In this document: piece after piece, positions 17,021 through 24,000 of the stretch
How the letters are laid out: each line of letters opens with the position of its first letter
Numbering within the stretch: position 1 is the first letter of the stretch
Source of the DNA: Plastoroseomonas hellenica
GTDB taxonomy: Bacteria > Pseudomonadota > Alphaproteobacteria > Acetobacterales > Acetobacteraceae
DNA length: 24,000 bases
Reading direction: 5' to 3'
NCBI RefSeq assembly: GCF_018129085.1
Contig: NZ_JAAGBB010000018.1
Location: forward strand, 49,688-73,687
The notes under the pieces: model-generated
The model's input: only the letters and a program-made list of their open reading frames with translations
What the model was told of the DNA's origin: nothing
The model's database searches: none
Translations under genes and position numbers: made by a program

Positions 17021-17038
17021 ATTGCAGTCGCGTGACAG
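17021..17038 (-). promoter_or_regulatory. Pho-box-like 18-mer (PhoB binding site candidate) upstream of the metallophosphoesterase/ABC operon
   Basis: On the minus strand the sequence reads CTGTCAC-gcga-CTGCAAT. The E. coli-type Pho box is CTGTCAT-N4-CTGT(C/A)A(C/T), so each 7-mer matches 6/7. Exactly 10 nt downstream lies TAAGAC (17005-17010, minus strand), a possible -10 element. The operon ATG is at 16974. Confidence 0.4.
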
Positions 17039-17074
17039 AATGATGAGCGTTTTGCGGTTGCGAAGGCCGTTCCG

Positions 17075-18886
17075 CTAGCGGAGCGCGGGATCGGGCGACG
17101 GCGCCGCTTCCATATCCGCGAGCACCCGCGCGACATGCGCGGCGAACAGGTCGACCAGCGCCAGCGCCTCGCTGGCCAGGGCCTCGCCATGGCGACGGAC
17201 CAGGCAGATCTGCCGTTCCAATGGCGGATCGCTGATCGCGTTGATCTGGAGCGCGCCCAATTGCACGGCGCCGCGCAAGGCGCCGAGCGGCAGCAGCGTC
17301 GCCCAGCCACCAGCCCGGACCAGCCGGATCGTCGCGGCGAGGCTGTCGATCTCAGCATCCGGTGCCACGTCCAGCCCGACGCGGGCGGCACCCCGATCCA
17401 CGATCCAGCGCAGCCCGTGATGGCGCGCCGGAAGTGCCAGGCGCAGCCTGGCCAGCATGCCGAGCGGCACCGGGCCCGTTGGCAGCAGGCCGGAGCCCGC
17501 GGCGGTCACGGCGACCAGCGGCTCGCGCGTGATCGGCCGCACCACGAGGCCGGGCTGCACGGCGTCATTGTCGACGAAGGCGCAGTCGATGCTGGAATTC
17601 AGGACCATCCGCCGCAACTCGTCGCTCAGCCCCTCCACCAGGTGCAGGCGTCGGTCGGGGAAGCGCTGGTTCCAGTCCGCGGCGCTGCGCGCCACGACCT
17701 CCGCCAGCAGGCTCATCTCGTCGAGCGCCGGGACGCAGCCGGCGCGCACCTGGCCGCGCGGACGGATGAGGCTGGGCCCGAGGCGGCCGAGATCCTGGAT
17801 GAAGGCCGCCGCCGGCGGTGCCAGCGCGTTGCCGAGCACGGTCGGCGTCAGCCCGTGCGGATGGCGCTGGAACAGGCGTTGCCCCAGCGCCGCCTCCAGG
17901 TGCTGCAATCGCAGGGTGGCAGCGGGCTGGGCGATGCCGAGTTCCCGCGCGGCCCGGGTCAGGCTCGCGTGCCGCCAGGCGGCTTCGAAGCAGTCGAGAT
18001 GCTCCCGCTCGATCGCCGTCGGCCAGGGGACCTGCGCCGGTGGCCGCAGGGCGGCAGCACCGATATGGCGAAGGATGCCGTGGGCCAGGATCGGTTCCAG
18101 GGCGGCCTCCCACGCATCCGCCGTGCCGGCGCTGCCGAGCAATTGCCAGCCGGGGCCGTCGGGCAGCGGCGACAGCAGGCGCAGGGTGGTCCTGCCATCG
18201 CGCAGCCAGCCCGGCAGCAGGAGCGAGGGCAGCAGCACGGGCCGGCGCCAGGGGCGCAGCGCTTCGTCGAGGCGATCCGGCGGCACGCCGAGCGGCACCG
18301 GCGTCAGCCCGCACGCCGCCGCCTGTGCCGCGGCGCCCTGCATCAGGGCAGGGGGCAATTCCGGCAGGCCGACGCTCTCCGCGCCGTCGGTGGGGCCGGC
18401 GAGGACCCAATGCTCGACCAGCCTCCCCGGCCGCTCACAGGCGTCCAGGGTGAAGCCCGCCTGCACCGCGGCGGCACCGGCCGGCAGCGCAAAGACATGC
18501 AGGTGCCGTTGCGGCATCTGCGCGGCGAGCTCGGTTGCGATTACCGCGGCGGCCTCCCGCGCCGGGCAGCCAGGTGCTGCGAGGCGCAGCCCGATCGCCA
18601 GCACCGCCGCAGGCTGCGAGACCCCGGCCGCGATCCGGCGCAGCGCCGCCTCCAGCTCAGCGAGCAGCGGCCTCGCAATGCGCTCGAATTGCCGTCCCGC
18701 GGCCGTCGGCACCAGGCCGCCTGCCTGGCGATCGAACAGCCTGGCGCCGAGGGCTTCCTCCAGCGCGCCGATCTGCACGCTCAGCGTCGCCGGTGCGCGG
18801 CCCATCTGGCGCGACGCGGCAGAGAGGCTGCCGGTATCGAAGGCGGCCAGGGCGCAGCGAAGCTGGCGGATCGTCGGCGGGTGCAG
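17075..18886 (-). CDS. Tandem (duplicated) LysR-type transcriptional regulator: two HTH plus effector-domain modules in one reading frame
   Basis: The frame is open from the TGA at 18893-18895 (minus strand) down to the TAG at 17075-17077. HTH-1 (about 18728-18874) is TIRQLRCALAAFDTGSLSAASRQMGRAPATLSVQIGALEEALGARLFDR. HTH-2 (about 17864-18001) is HLDCFEAAWRHASLTRAARELGIAQPAATLRLQHLEAALGQRLFQR. Each HTH is followed by an effector-domain-sized region of roughly 200-260 aa. The first ATG (18805) falls inside HTH-1. The 5' end given here assumes a CTG start at 18884-18886, preceded by AAGGGGG. The start codon is uncertain. Confidence 0.75.
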   Translation of the reverse strand: MHPPTIRQLRCALAAFDTGSLSAASRQMGRAPATLSVQIGALEEALGARLFDRQAGGLVPTAAGRQFERIARPLLAELEAALRRIAAGVSQPAAVLAIGLRLAAPGCPAREAAAVIATELAAQMPQRHLHVFALPAGAAAVQAGFTLDACERPGRLVEHWVLAGPTDGAESVGLPELPPALMQGAAAQAAACGLTPVPLGVPPDRLDEALRPWRRPVLLPSLLLPGWLRDGRTTLRLLSPLPDGPGWQLLGSAGTADAWEAALEPILAHGILRHIGAAALRPPAQVPWPTAIEREHLDCFEAAWRHASLTRAARELGIAQPAATLRLQHLEAALGQRLFQRHPHGLTPTVLGNALAPPAAAFIQDLGRLGPSLIRPRGQVRAGCVPALDEMSLLAEVVARSAADWNQRFPDRRLHLVEGLSDELRRMVLNSSIDCAFVDNDAVQPGLVVRPITREPLVAVTAAGSGLLPTGPVPLGMLARLRLALPARHHGLRWIVDRGAARVGLDVAPDAEIDSLAATIRLVRAGGWATLLPLGALRGAVQLGALQINAISDPPLERQICLVRRHGEALASEALALVDLFAAHVARVLADMEAAPSPDPALR

Positions 18887-18994
18887 CGCTGAAGCCCCCT
18901 TCGCTCAATCTTATGGCCTTCGTCACCAAACCATATTGGACGCGCCGCCATGCACTGCAACACGCTCGTCATCGGAGAGCGAATGGGGATGGTG

Positions 18995-20614
18995 ATGGCA
19001 CGCAACATCAAGGCCCAGCGGGGTAACCTCCTGCGCTGCAAGGGATGGCGGCAGGAGAGCATCCTGCGGATGCTCGAGAACAACCTCGAGAATGGCGAGG
19101 ATCCCGAGAACCTCATCATCTACACCGGCGCCCGCGCCGCGCGGAGCTGGGCCGATTACGACCGCATCGTCGGCGCGCTGCAGGCGCTGGAGGCGGATGA
19201 GACGCTGATCTGCCAATCCGGCCGCGCGGTCGCGAAGTTCCGGTCCCATGTGCGGGCGCCGCGCGTGGTGATGGCCAATGGCAATGTCTTGGGACGCTGG
19301 GGTACGCCCGATCAGTTCCATGAGCTGGAGCAGAAGGGCCTGACGGTGACGCCGGGCATGACCGCCGCCGCCTGGCAGTATATCGGCAGCCAGGGGATCC
19401 TGCAGGGCACCTACCAGTCCTTCATGGGCGCCGGGCAGCAATTCTTCGGCGGCGACCTGCGCGGCCGGCTGATCCTGACCGCCGGCTGCGGTGGCATGGG
19501 CGGCGCGCAGCCGCTGGCCGGCAAGCTCGCGGGCGCCGCGATCCTGGTCGTCGAACCCTCCCGCGCGCGGATCGAACGCCGTATCGCCAGCGGCTATTGC
19601 GACCGCATCACCGAGGATCTGGAGGAAGCGCTGCGCTGGGTGCTGGATGCCAAGGCATCGCGCAGCGCGCTGTCGGTCGGCCTGGTCGGCAATGCGGCCG
19701 TGGTGCATCCGCTGCTGCTGGAACGCGGCATCTTCCCGGACATCGTCACCGATCAGGTGAACACCGACCCCTATCGCGGCTACATCCCCGCCGGCATGAC
19801 GCCGGAGGAAGCCGCGGCGCTCGCGCAATCCGACCAGGCGGAGCGCAAGCGCCGCGCCGAGGCAAGCCTCATCGTGCATGCGCGGGCGATGCTGGAGTTC
19901 CGCCGCCGCGGCGCCATCGTCTTCGAATACGGCAACGGCTTGCGCCTGCGCACCGCCGATCTCGGCGAGACGGAGATGCTCTCCATGGAGAGCTTCGTCA
20001 CCATGTTCATCCGGCCGCTGTTCTGCGACGGCTATGGCCCCTTCCGCTGGCTCGCGATCTCCGGCGATCCGCAGGACATCGCGGAGATCGACGGCATCGT
20101 GGAGGAGACCTTCTCCCACAACCATTCGATCAACCACTGGATTCCGCTGGCGCGGGAGCATGTGCACTTCACCGGCCTGCCGGCGCGCATCGGCTGGCTC
20201 GGTCATGGCGAGCGCAGCCTGCTGGCGACCAAGGTGAATGAGGCGGTGGCCCAGGGCCGCACCAAGGGGCCGATCGCCTTCACCCGCGATCACCTCGATG
20301 CCGGCTCGGTCGCCAACCCCTTCCGGGAGAGCGAGAAGATGCAGGACGGGTCGGAGGCGATCTCGGACTGGCCGATCCTGAACGCGCTGCTCGCCTGTGC
20401 GAATGGCGCCGATCTCGTCGCCGTGCACTCGCGGGGTGGCTATTCCAATCAATCTGCTGGCCAGACCACGATCGCCGATGGCGATCCGCTGTCGGCGGAG
20501 CGGCTGCGCGCGGTGCTGGATGGCGATACCGGCATCGGCATCATGCGCCATGCCGAAGCGGGGTATGAGCGCGCGCTGACGAACAAGGCCAATTTCGGCC
20601 TGGGCTTCGCCTGA
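18995..20614 (+). CDS. Urocanate hydratase (urocanase) family protein, divergent paralogue in a non-hut context
   Basis: About 539 aa. Alternative in-frame ATGs lie at 18983 and 18989, and the ORF-track ATG is at 18950. Urocanase fold motifs are present: the NAD-binding segment LTAGCGGMGGAQPLAG, QYIGSQGILQGTYQSF, FIRPLFCDGYGPFRW, TRDHLDAGSVANPFRESEKMQDGSEAISDWPILNALL and GIGIMRHAEAGYE. Several motifs that are near-invariant in canonical HutU are altered; see findings. Confidence 0.88.
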   Translation: MARNIKAQRGNLLRCKGWRQESILRMLENNLENGEDPENLIIYTGARAARSWADYDRIVGALQALEADETLICQSGRAVAKFRSHVRAPRVVMANGNVLGRWGTPDQFHELEQKGLTVTPGMTAAAWQYIGSQGILQGTYQSFMGAGQQFFGGDLRGRLILTAGCGGMGGAQPLAGKLAGAAILVVEPSRARIERRIASGYCDRITEDLEEALRWVLDAKASRSALSVGLVGNAAVVHPLLLERGIFPDIVTDQVNTDPYRGYIPAGMTPEEAAALAQSDQAERKRRAEASLIVHARAMLEFRRRGAIVFEYGNGLRLRTADLGETEMLSMESFVTMFIRPLFCDGYGPFRWLAISGDPQDIAEIDGIVEETFSHNHSINHWIPLAREHVHFTGLPARIGWLGHGERSLLATKVNEAVAQGRTKGPIAFTRDHLDAGSVANPFRESEKMQDGSEAISDWPILNALLACANGADLVAVHSRGGYSNQSAGQTTIADGDPLSAERLRAVLDGDTGIGIMRHAEAGYERALTNKANFGLGFA

Positions 20615-21234
20615 TGTACGTCCTGCATGATAGCCGGCTGTCCGGCAATGCCTGGAAGGTGCGGATCCTGCTCTCGCAGCTCGGCCTGCCCTTCCGCCGC
20701 GTCAGCTATGTGCTGCCGGAAGGCCGCACCCGCACGCCGGAATTCCTGGCGAAGAATCCGGTCGGCAAGGTGCCGATGCTGGAGCTGCCTTCGGGGGAGG
20801 CGCTGTTCGAATCGAATGCCATCCTCTGCCACCTGGCGGAAGGCACGCCCTTCCTGCCGGAGGGCCTCGACCGCGCGCGCGTCCTGCAATGGATGTTCTT
20901 CGATCAGTCGGAGGCGCTGAAGGCGCTGGCAGGCGCACGCTTCTGGATCGGCATCGCGAAGAAGCCGGAGGAGAAGGCGGCCGAGATTCCGGTCTGGCAT
21001 GCTGCCGGCAACAAGGCGCTCGGCATTCTCGACGGCCATCTGGCGGCGCGGGATTTCCTGGTGGGAGAGCGCTACACGATCGCCGACCTCGCCAACTTCC
21101 CCTACGTCGCCATGGCGCATGAAGGCGGCTTCGATATGGCGCGCTATCCGAACGTGACGGCCTGGATCGACCGCATCCGCGCCCAGCCCGGCCATGTGCC
21201 GCTGATCCAGGATGACGCGAAGGGAGTGGTGTGA
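20614..21234 (+). CDS. Glutathione S-transferase family protein
   Basis: 206 aa. N-terminal thioredoxin-like domain: SGNAWKVRILLSQLGLPF...FLAKNPVGKVPMLELPSGEALFESNAILCHLAEG. C-terminal helical domain: RARVLQWMFFDQ...YTIADLANFPYV. The start overlaps the upstream stop codon by 1 nt (TGATG at 20612-20616). Confidence 0.88.
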   Translation: MYVLHDSRLSGNAWKVRILLSQLGLPFRRVSYVLPEGRTRTPEFLAKNPVGKVPMLELPSGEALFESNAILCHLAEGTPFLPEGLDRARVLQWMFFDQSEALKALAGARFWIGIAKKPEEKAAEIPVWHAAGNKALGILDGHLAARDFLVGERYTIADLANFPYVAMAHEGGFDMARYPNVTAWIDRIRAQPGHVPLIQDDAKGVV

Positions 21235-22295
21235 TGCGGGTGAAGCTCGATCTCGACGCGCTCGAAGGCGCGGTCCTCGGCGGGCTGGTGCTCTCGGCGG
21301 GCGGCAGCGGCGTGAAGCGCGGCGAGCGCAACCGCCGCATCGGCGAACAGGCGCTGGACTACGGCCCGCTCATGATGGTGACCCTCGACGAGCTGGAGGA
21401 TGACGCCGGCATCATCGTCGCGACTGGCGTCAGCGCGCCCGGCTTCGCCAAGGCGATCACCTCGATGCGCGATTCGATCCAGTCGGCGGAGATGCTGATT
21501 GCCGCGACCGGCGGGGGCAGGCCGGCGGGCGTGATGCCGGGCCATGTGCCGGGGCTGATGGCCTGGATGCAGGCGGCGGTGCTCGGCATCCCCCTGGTCG
21601 ATGCCGCGACCAATGGGCGCGGTCATCCGACGGTGAAGATGGGCGGCATGGGCCTCGCCTCGCGGCCGGAGGTCGCGGTGACCCAGGCCGGCTGCGGCGG
21701 CGCCAGGGATGACCGGGTCGAGATCGTGGTCACCGGCAGCATGGCCAAGACTTCGACCATCATGCGCGCCGCCTCGGTGCAGAATGGCGGCAGCCTCTAC
21801 GCGACTCGCGGGCCCTTCGCCGCAAGCTTCGTCCGCCAGGGCGGCGCGCCGGGCGCAATGAGCTTCGCGACCAATCTCGGCCGCGCCATGCTTGCCAAGC
21901 CGGCTGGCTTCGCCCGGGTGGAGGCGGCCGCTGCCTTCCTCGAGGGCGAGGTGCTGGTCGTCGGCCGGGTCGAGGCCAATGACGTGCGTTACGATGGCGG
22001 CTTCGATGTCGGCCGGGTGGTCATCGCCGGCGATGGCGGGCGCATCACCCTGCATGTCTACAACGAGTACATGGCGGCCGACGCCGACGGCGTTCGCGTC
22101 CGCACCTTCCCGGACATGATGGGGTCCTTCGATCCGGCGACCGGTGCGCCGATCGCGATCAATGAGATGCCGGTGGGCCGCGAGGTCGCCATCGTCTCCG
22201 GCCCGCGCAGCGCCTTCCCGGTCGGCGCCGGCGCCACCGATCCCGCCGTCTTCCCGGAAGTGGAGGAAAAGCTGGGCGTACCGCTCGCCCCCTGA
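21234..22295 (+). CDS. DUF917-like protein (hydantoinase-neighbourhood family); function unknown here
   Basis: 353 aa from the ATG at 21234, with AGGGAG 7 nt upstream. A GTG at 21231 is an alternative start. The N-terminal pattern LDALEGAVLGGLVLSAGGSG...GPLMMVTLDELEDDAGIIVATGVSAP resembles my memory of the DUF917 N-terminal consensus (Gly-rich loop, then ...ELPDD...G.P). The length also fits that family. The call is from memory, not from an HMM. The start overlaps the GST stop codon by 1 nt (TGATG). Confidence 0.5.
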   Translation: MRVKLDLDALEGAVLGGLVLSAGGSGVKRGERNRRIGEQALDYGPLMMVTLDELEDDAGIIVATGVSAPGFAKAITSMRDSIQSAEMLIAATGGGRPAGVMPGHVPGLMAWMQAAVLGIPLVDAATNGRGHPTVKMGGMGLASRPEVAVTQAGCGGARDDRVEIVVTGSMAKTSTIMRAASVQNGGSLYATRGPFAASFVRQGGAPGAMSFATNLGRAMLAKPAGFARVEAAAAFLEGEVLVVGRVEANDVRYDGGFDVGRVVIAGDGGRITLHVYNEYMAADADGVRVRTFPDMMGSFDPATGAPIAINEMPVGREVAIVSGPRSAFPVGAGATDPAVFPEVEEKLGVPLAP

Positions 22296-22389
22296 CGGGG
22301 TGCGGGGAGGAGGAAGCGGGCGCCAGACCCGCGGACAGTCACGGCACTCGCACTGCCGCCATCCATCCGCTGACGAGACGGAGAGACGC

Positions 22390-23979
22390 ATGCAACGCCG
22401 CCATTTCCTCGCTGCCGCGACCTCCCTTGCCGCCGCGCATTCACTCGCGCGGCCCGCCTATGCGCAAGGCGCCGCCAAGGTCCTCCGCGTCATCCCAGCG
22501 GCCAATCTGACCAGCCTGGATCCGATCTGGACCACGGCGCCGGCCACCAAGAATCACGGCTATCTCGTCTATGACCAGATCGCCGCGGTCGACGCCGAAT
22601 TCGTCCCCCGCCCGCAGATGGCCGAAGGCTGGGAGATCGGTGATGACGGCCGGAGCTGGACCTTCATGCTCCGCGAAGGGCTGCGCTTCCATGATGGGGA
22701 ACCGGTGCGCAGCGCCGACTGCATCGCCTCCATCCGTCGCTGGTGGGCGCGCGACGTCTTCGGCCAGGTGCTGGCATCCCAGACCGATGATATCGAGGCG
22801 CTCGACGACCGCCGCTTCCGCTTCCGCCTGAAGCGGCCCTTCCCGATGCTGGCCGCGGCACTCGGCAAGTCCAACTCCTCACAATGCTTCATCATGCCGG
22901 AACGGATCGCGCGGACCGATCCCGGTCAGCAGATCACCGATCCGACCGGCAGTGGGCCCTTCCGTTTCCTGCGCGAGCAATGGGTGGCCGGCGTCAAGGC
23001 CGTCTATGCGAAGCACGAAGCCTATGTGCCGCGTAGCGAGCCGGTCAGCAGCATCGCCGGTGGCCGGGTGGCGCGGGTCGACCGCATCGAATGGACGGTG
23101 ATCCCCGATGCCGCGACGGCGGCCGCCGCGCTCCGCACCGGGGAGCAGGATTACTGGGACCAGGCGATGCACGACCTGCTGCCGTCCCTCCGGCGCGACC
23201 GCAACATCGTGGTGGAACCGCGCGATCGCTCCGGCACCTATGCGATGCTGCGCTTCAACCACCTGCAGGCGCCTTTCAACAATCCGGCGATCCGCCAGGC
23301 GGTGGCGATGGCGGTTGACCAGTCGCAGTACATGCAGGCCGTCGCCGGCAACGAACCCGGCGCCTGGGGCACCTGCGAGGGCTTCTTCGCCTGCAGCGGT
23401 CCGATGGCGAGCGAGGCCGGTAACGCCGTGCTGAAGACCCGCAGCATCGAACGCGCCCAGGCGGCACTGCGCGCCGCCGGCTACAATGGCGAGAAGGTGG
23501 TGCAGATCGCAGCGACCGACAGCGCGCCGCTCACGGCGGTCAGCGAAGTCACCGCCGACCTGTTGCGGCGCATGGGCTTCAACCTCGACTACGTCGCGTC
23601 CGACTGGGGCTCCATGCTGCAGCGGCGCAACAGCCGGGAGCCGGTGGAGCGCGGCGGCTGGAGCGTCTTCCACACCGTCTGGAATGGCGCCGATATCCTG
23701 AGCCCCGCGGTCAACACCCTGGTCCGCGCCAATGGCGGCGCCGCCTGGTTCGGCTGGCCGAGCGATCCCGAGCTCGAGACGCTGCGCAACGCCTGGTTCG
23801 AAGCGCCGGATCTCGCGAGCCAGCAGGCGGTGGTCCAGCGGCTGCAGGAACAGGCCTTCCGATCGATGCCCTATGTGCCGCTTGGTTATTACGTGCAGCC
23901 CGCGGCGTGGCGACGGAACGTGACCGGCGTCTTCCCGGTGCCGACGACGGTCTACTGGAACATCGGCAAGTCGGATTGA
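22390..23979 (+). CDS. ABC transporter substrate-binding protein, family 5, with twin-arginine signal peptide
   Basis: 529 aa from the ATG at 22390, with GGAGAG at 22380-22385. Tat motif MQRRHFLAAATSLAAAHSLARPAYAQG. Family-5 strings FVPRPQMAEGWEIGDDGRSWTFMLREGLRFHDGEPV and YVPLGYYVQPAAWRRNVTG. The 246-nt upstream part of the ORF-track entry (22144-22389) overlaps the preceding gene and has no support. Confidence 0.9.
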   Translation: MQRRHFLAAATSLAAAHSLARPAYAQGAAKVLRVIPAANLTSLDPIWTTAPATKNHGYLVYDQIAAVDAEFVPRPQMAEGWEIGDDGRSWTFMLREGLRFHDGEPVRSADCIASIRRWWARDVFGQVLASQTDDIEALDDRRFRFRLKRPFPMLAAALGKSNSSQCFIMPERIARTDPGQQITDPTGSGPFRFLREQWVAGVKAVYAKHEAYVPRSEPVSSIAGGRVARVDRIEWTVIPDAATAAAALRTGEQDYWDQAMHDLLPSLRRDRNIVVEPRDRSGTYAMLRFNHLQAPFNNPAIRQAVAMAVDQSQYMQAVAGNEPGAWGTCEGFFACSGPMASEAGNAVLKTRSIERAQAALRAAGYNGEKVVQIAATDSAPLTAVSEVTADLLRRMGFNLDYVASDWGSMLQRRNSREPVERGGWSVFHTVWNGADILSPAVNTLVRANGGAAWFGWPSDPELETLRNAWFEAPDLASQQAVVQRLQEQAFRSMPYVPLGYYVQPAAWRRNVTGVFPVPTTVYWNIGKSD

Positions 23980-24000
23980 GCGAGGCTCAGCCCAGTTCCG

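Noticed and set aside
17135-20551. Long ORFs 17135-18892 (+), 17457-18995 (+) and 18923-20551 (-) opposite the LysR fusion and the urocanase-like gene
   Set aside because: The annotated strands carry unmistakable LysR HTH and urocanase motifs. The alternatives are Arg/Pro/Gly/Ala-rich and have no motifs.
18995-20614. Calling this gene hutU as part of a histidine-utilisation (hut) operon
   Set aside because: No hutH, hutI, hutG/F or hutC is present in the window. The gene is translationally coupled to a GST and a DUF917-like gene instead, and several HutU-conserved motifs are altered. I keep the family call but withhold the pathway assignment and the gene symbol.
1-24000. Search for mobile elements, CRISPR arrays, tRNA/rRNA genes, toxin-antitoxin pairs or defence-system hallmarks
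   Set aside because: I saw no transposase, integrase or recombinase motifs, no arrays of regularly spaced repeats, no tRNA-like cloverleaf candidates in the short intergenic regions, and no small paired ORFs outside the shadow frames. The window reads as ordinary chromosomal metabolic and regulatory DNA, apart from the items listed in findings.

Overview
This is a very GC-rich window (judged by eye, not computed) that is densely coding and looks like a proteobacterial chromosomal region for metabolism and regulation. I support 19 protein-coding genes. I found no tRNA, rRNA, CRISPR array, transposase, integrase or phage gene. Gene order, left to right:

- The 3' end of a Bug/TctC-type solute-binding protein.
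- A translationally coupled pair (family-5 peptide-type solute-binding protein plus a signal-less gamma-glutamyltransferase), followed by an LCMT/TcmP-type SAM methyltransferase.
- A divergent pair: a fused TMD-NBD ABC exporter and a GT4 glycosyltransferase.
- An OmpR-type response regulator and HAMP histidine kinase, transcribed divergently from a clear creD homologue. A cre-tag-like TGCAC-N6-TGCAC direct repeat lies in the shared intergenic region.
- A five-gene minus-strand operon (metallophosphoesterase, UgpC/MalK-like ATPase, two permeases, family-1 solute-binding protein) preceded by a Pho-box-like 18-mer.
- One approximately 600-aa reading frame carrying two complete LysR-type modules in tandem.
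- Divergent from that regulator, a tightly coupled operon: a divergent urocanase-family enzyme, a glutathione S-transferase and a DUF917-like protein, followed by a Tat-signal family-5 solute-binding protein. No canonical hut genes are present.

The two most unusual items are the tandem LysR fusion and the non-hut urocanase-like/GST/DUF917-like operon it probably controls. The many long ORFs antisense to these genes are GC-driven shadow ORFs and were rejected. All family calls rest on motifs read from the translations. No database search was run.
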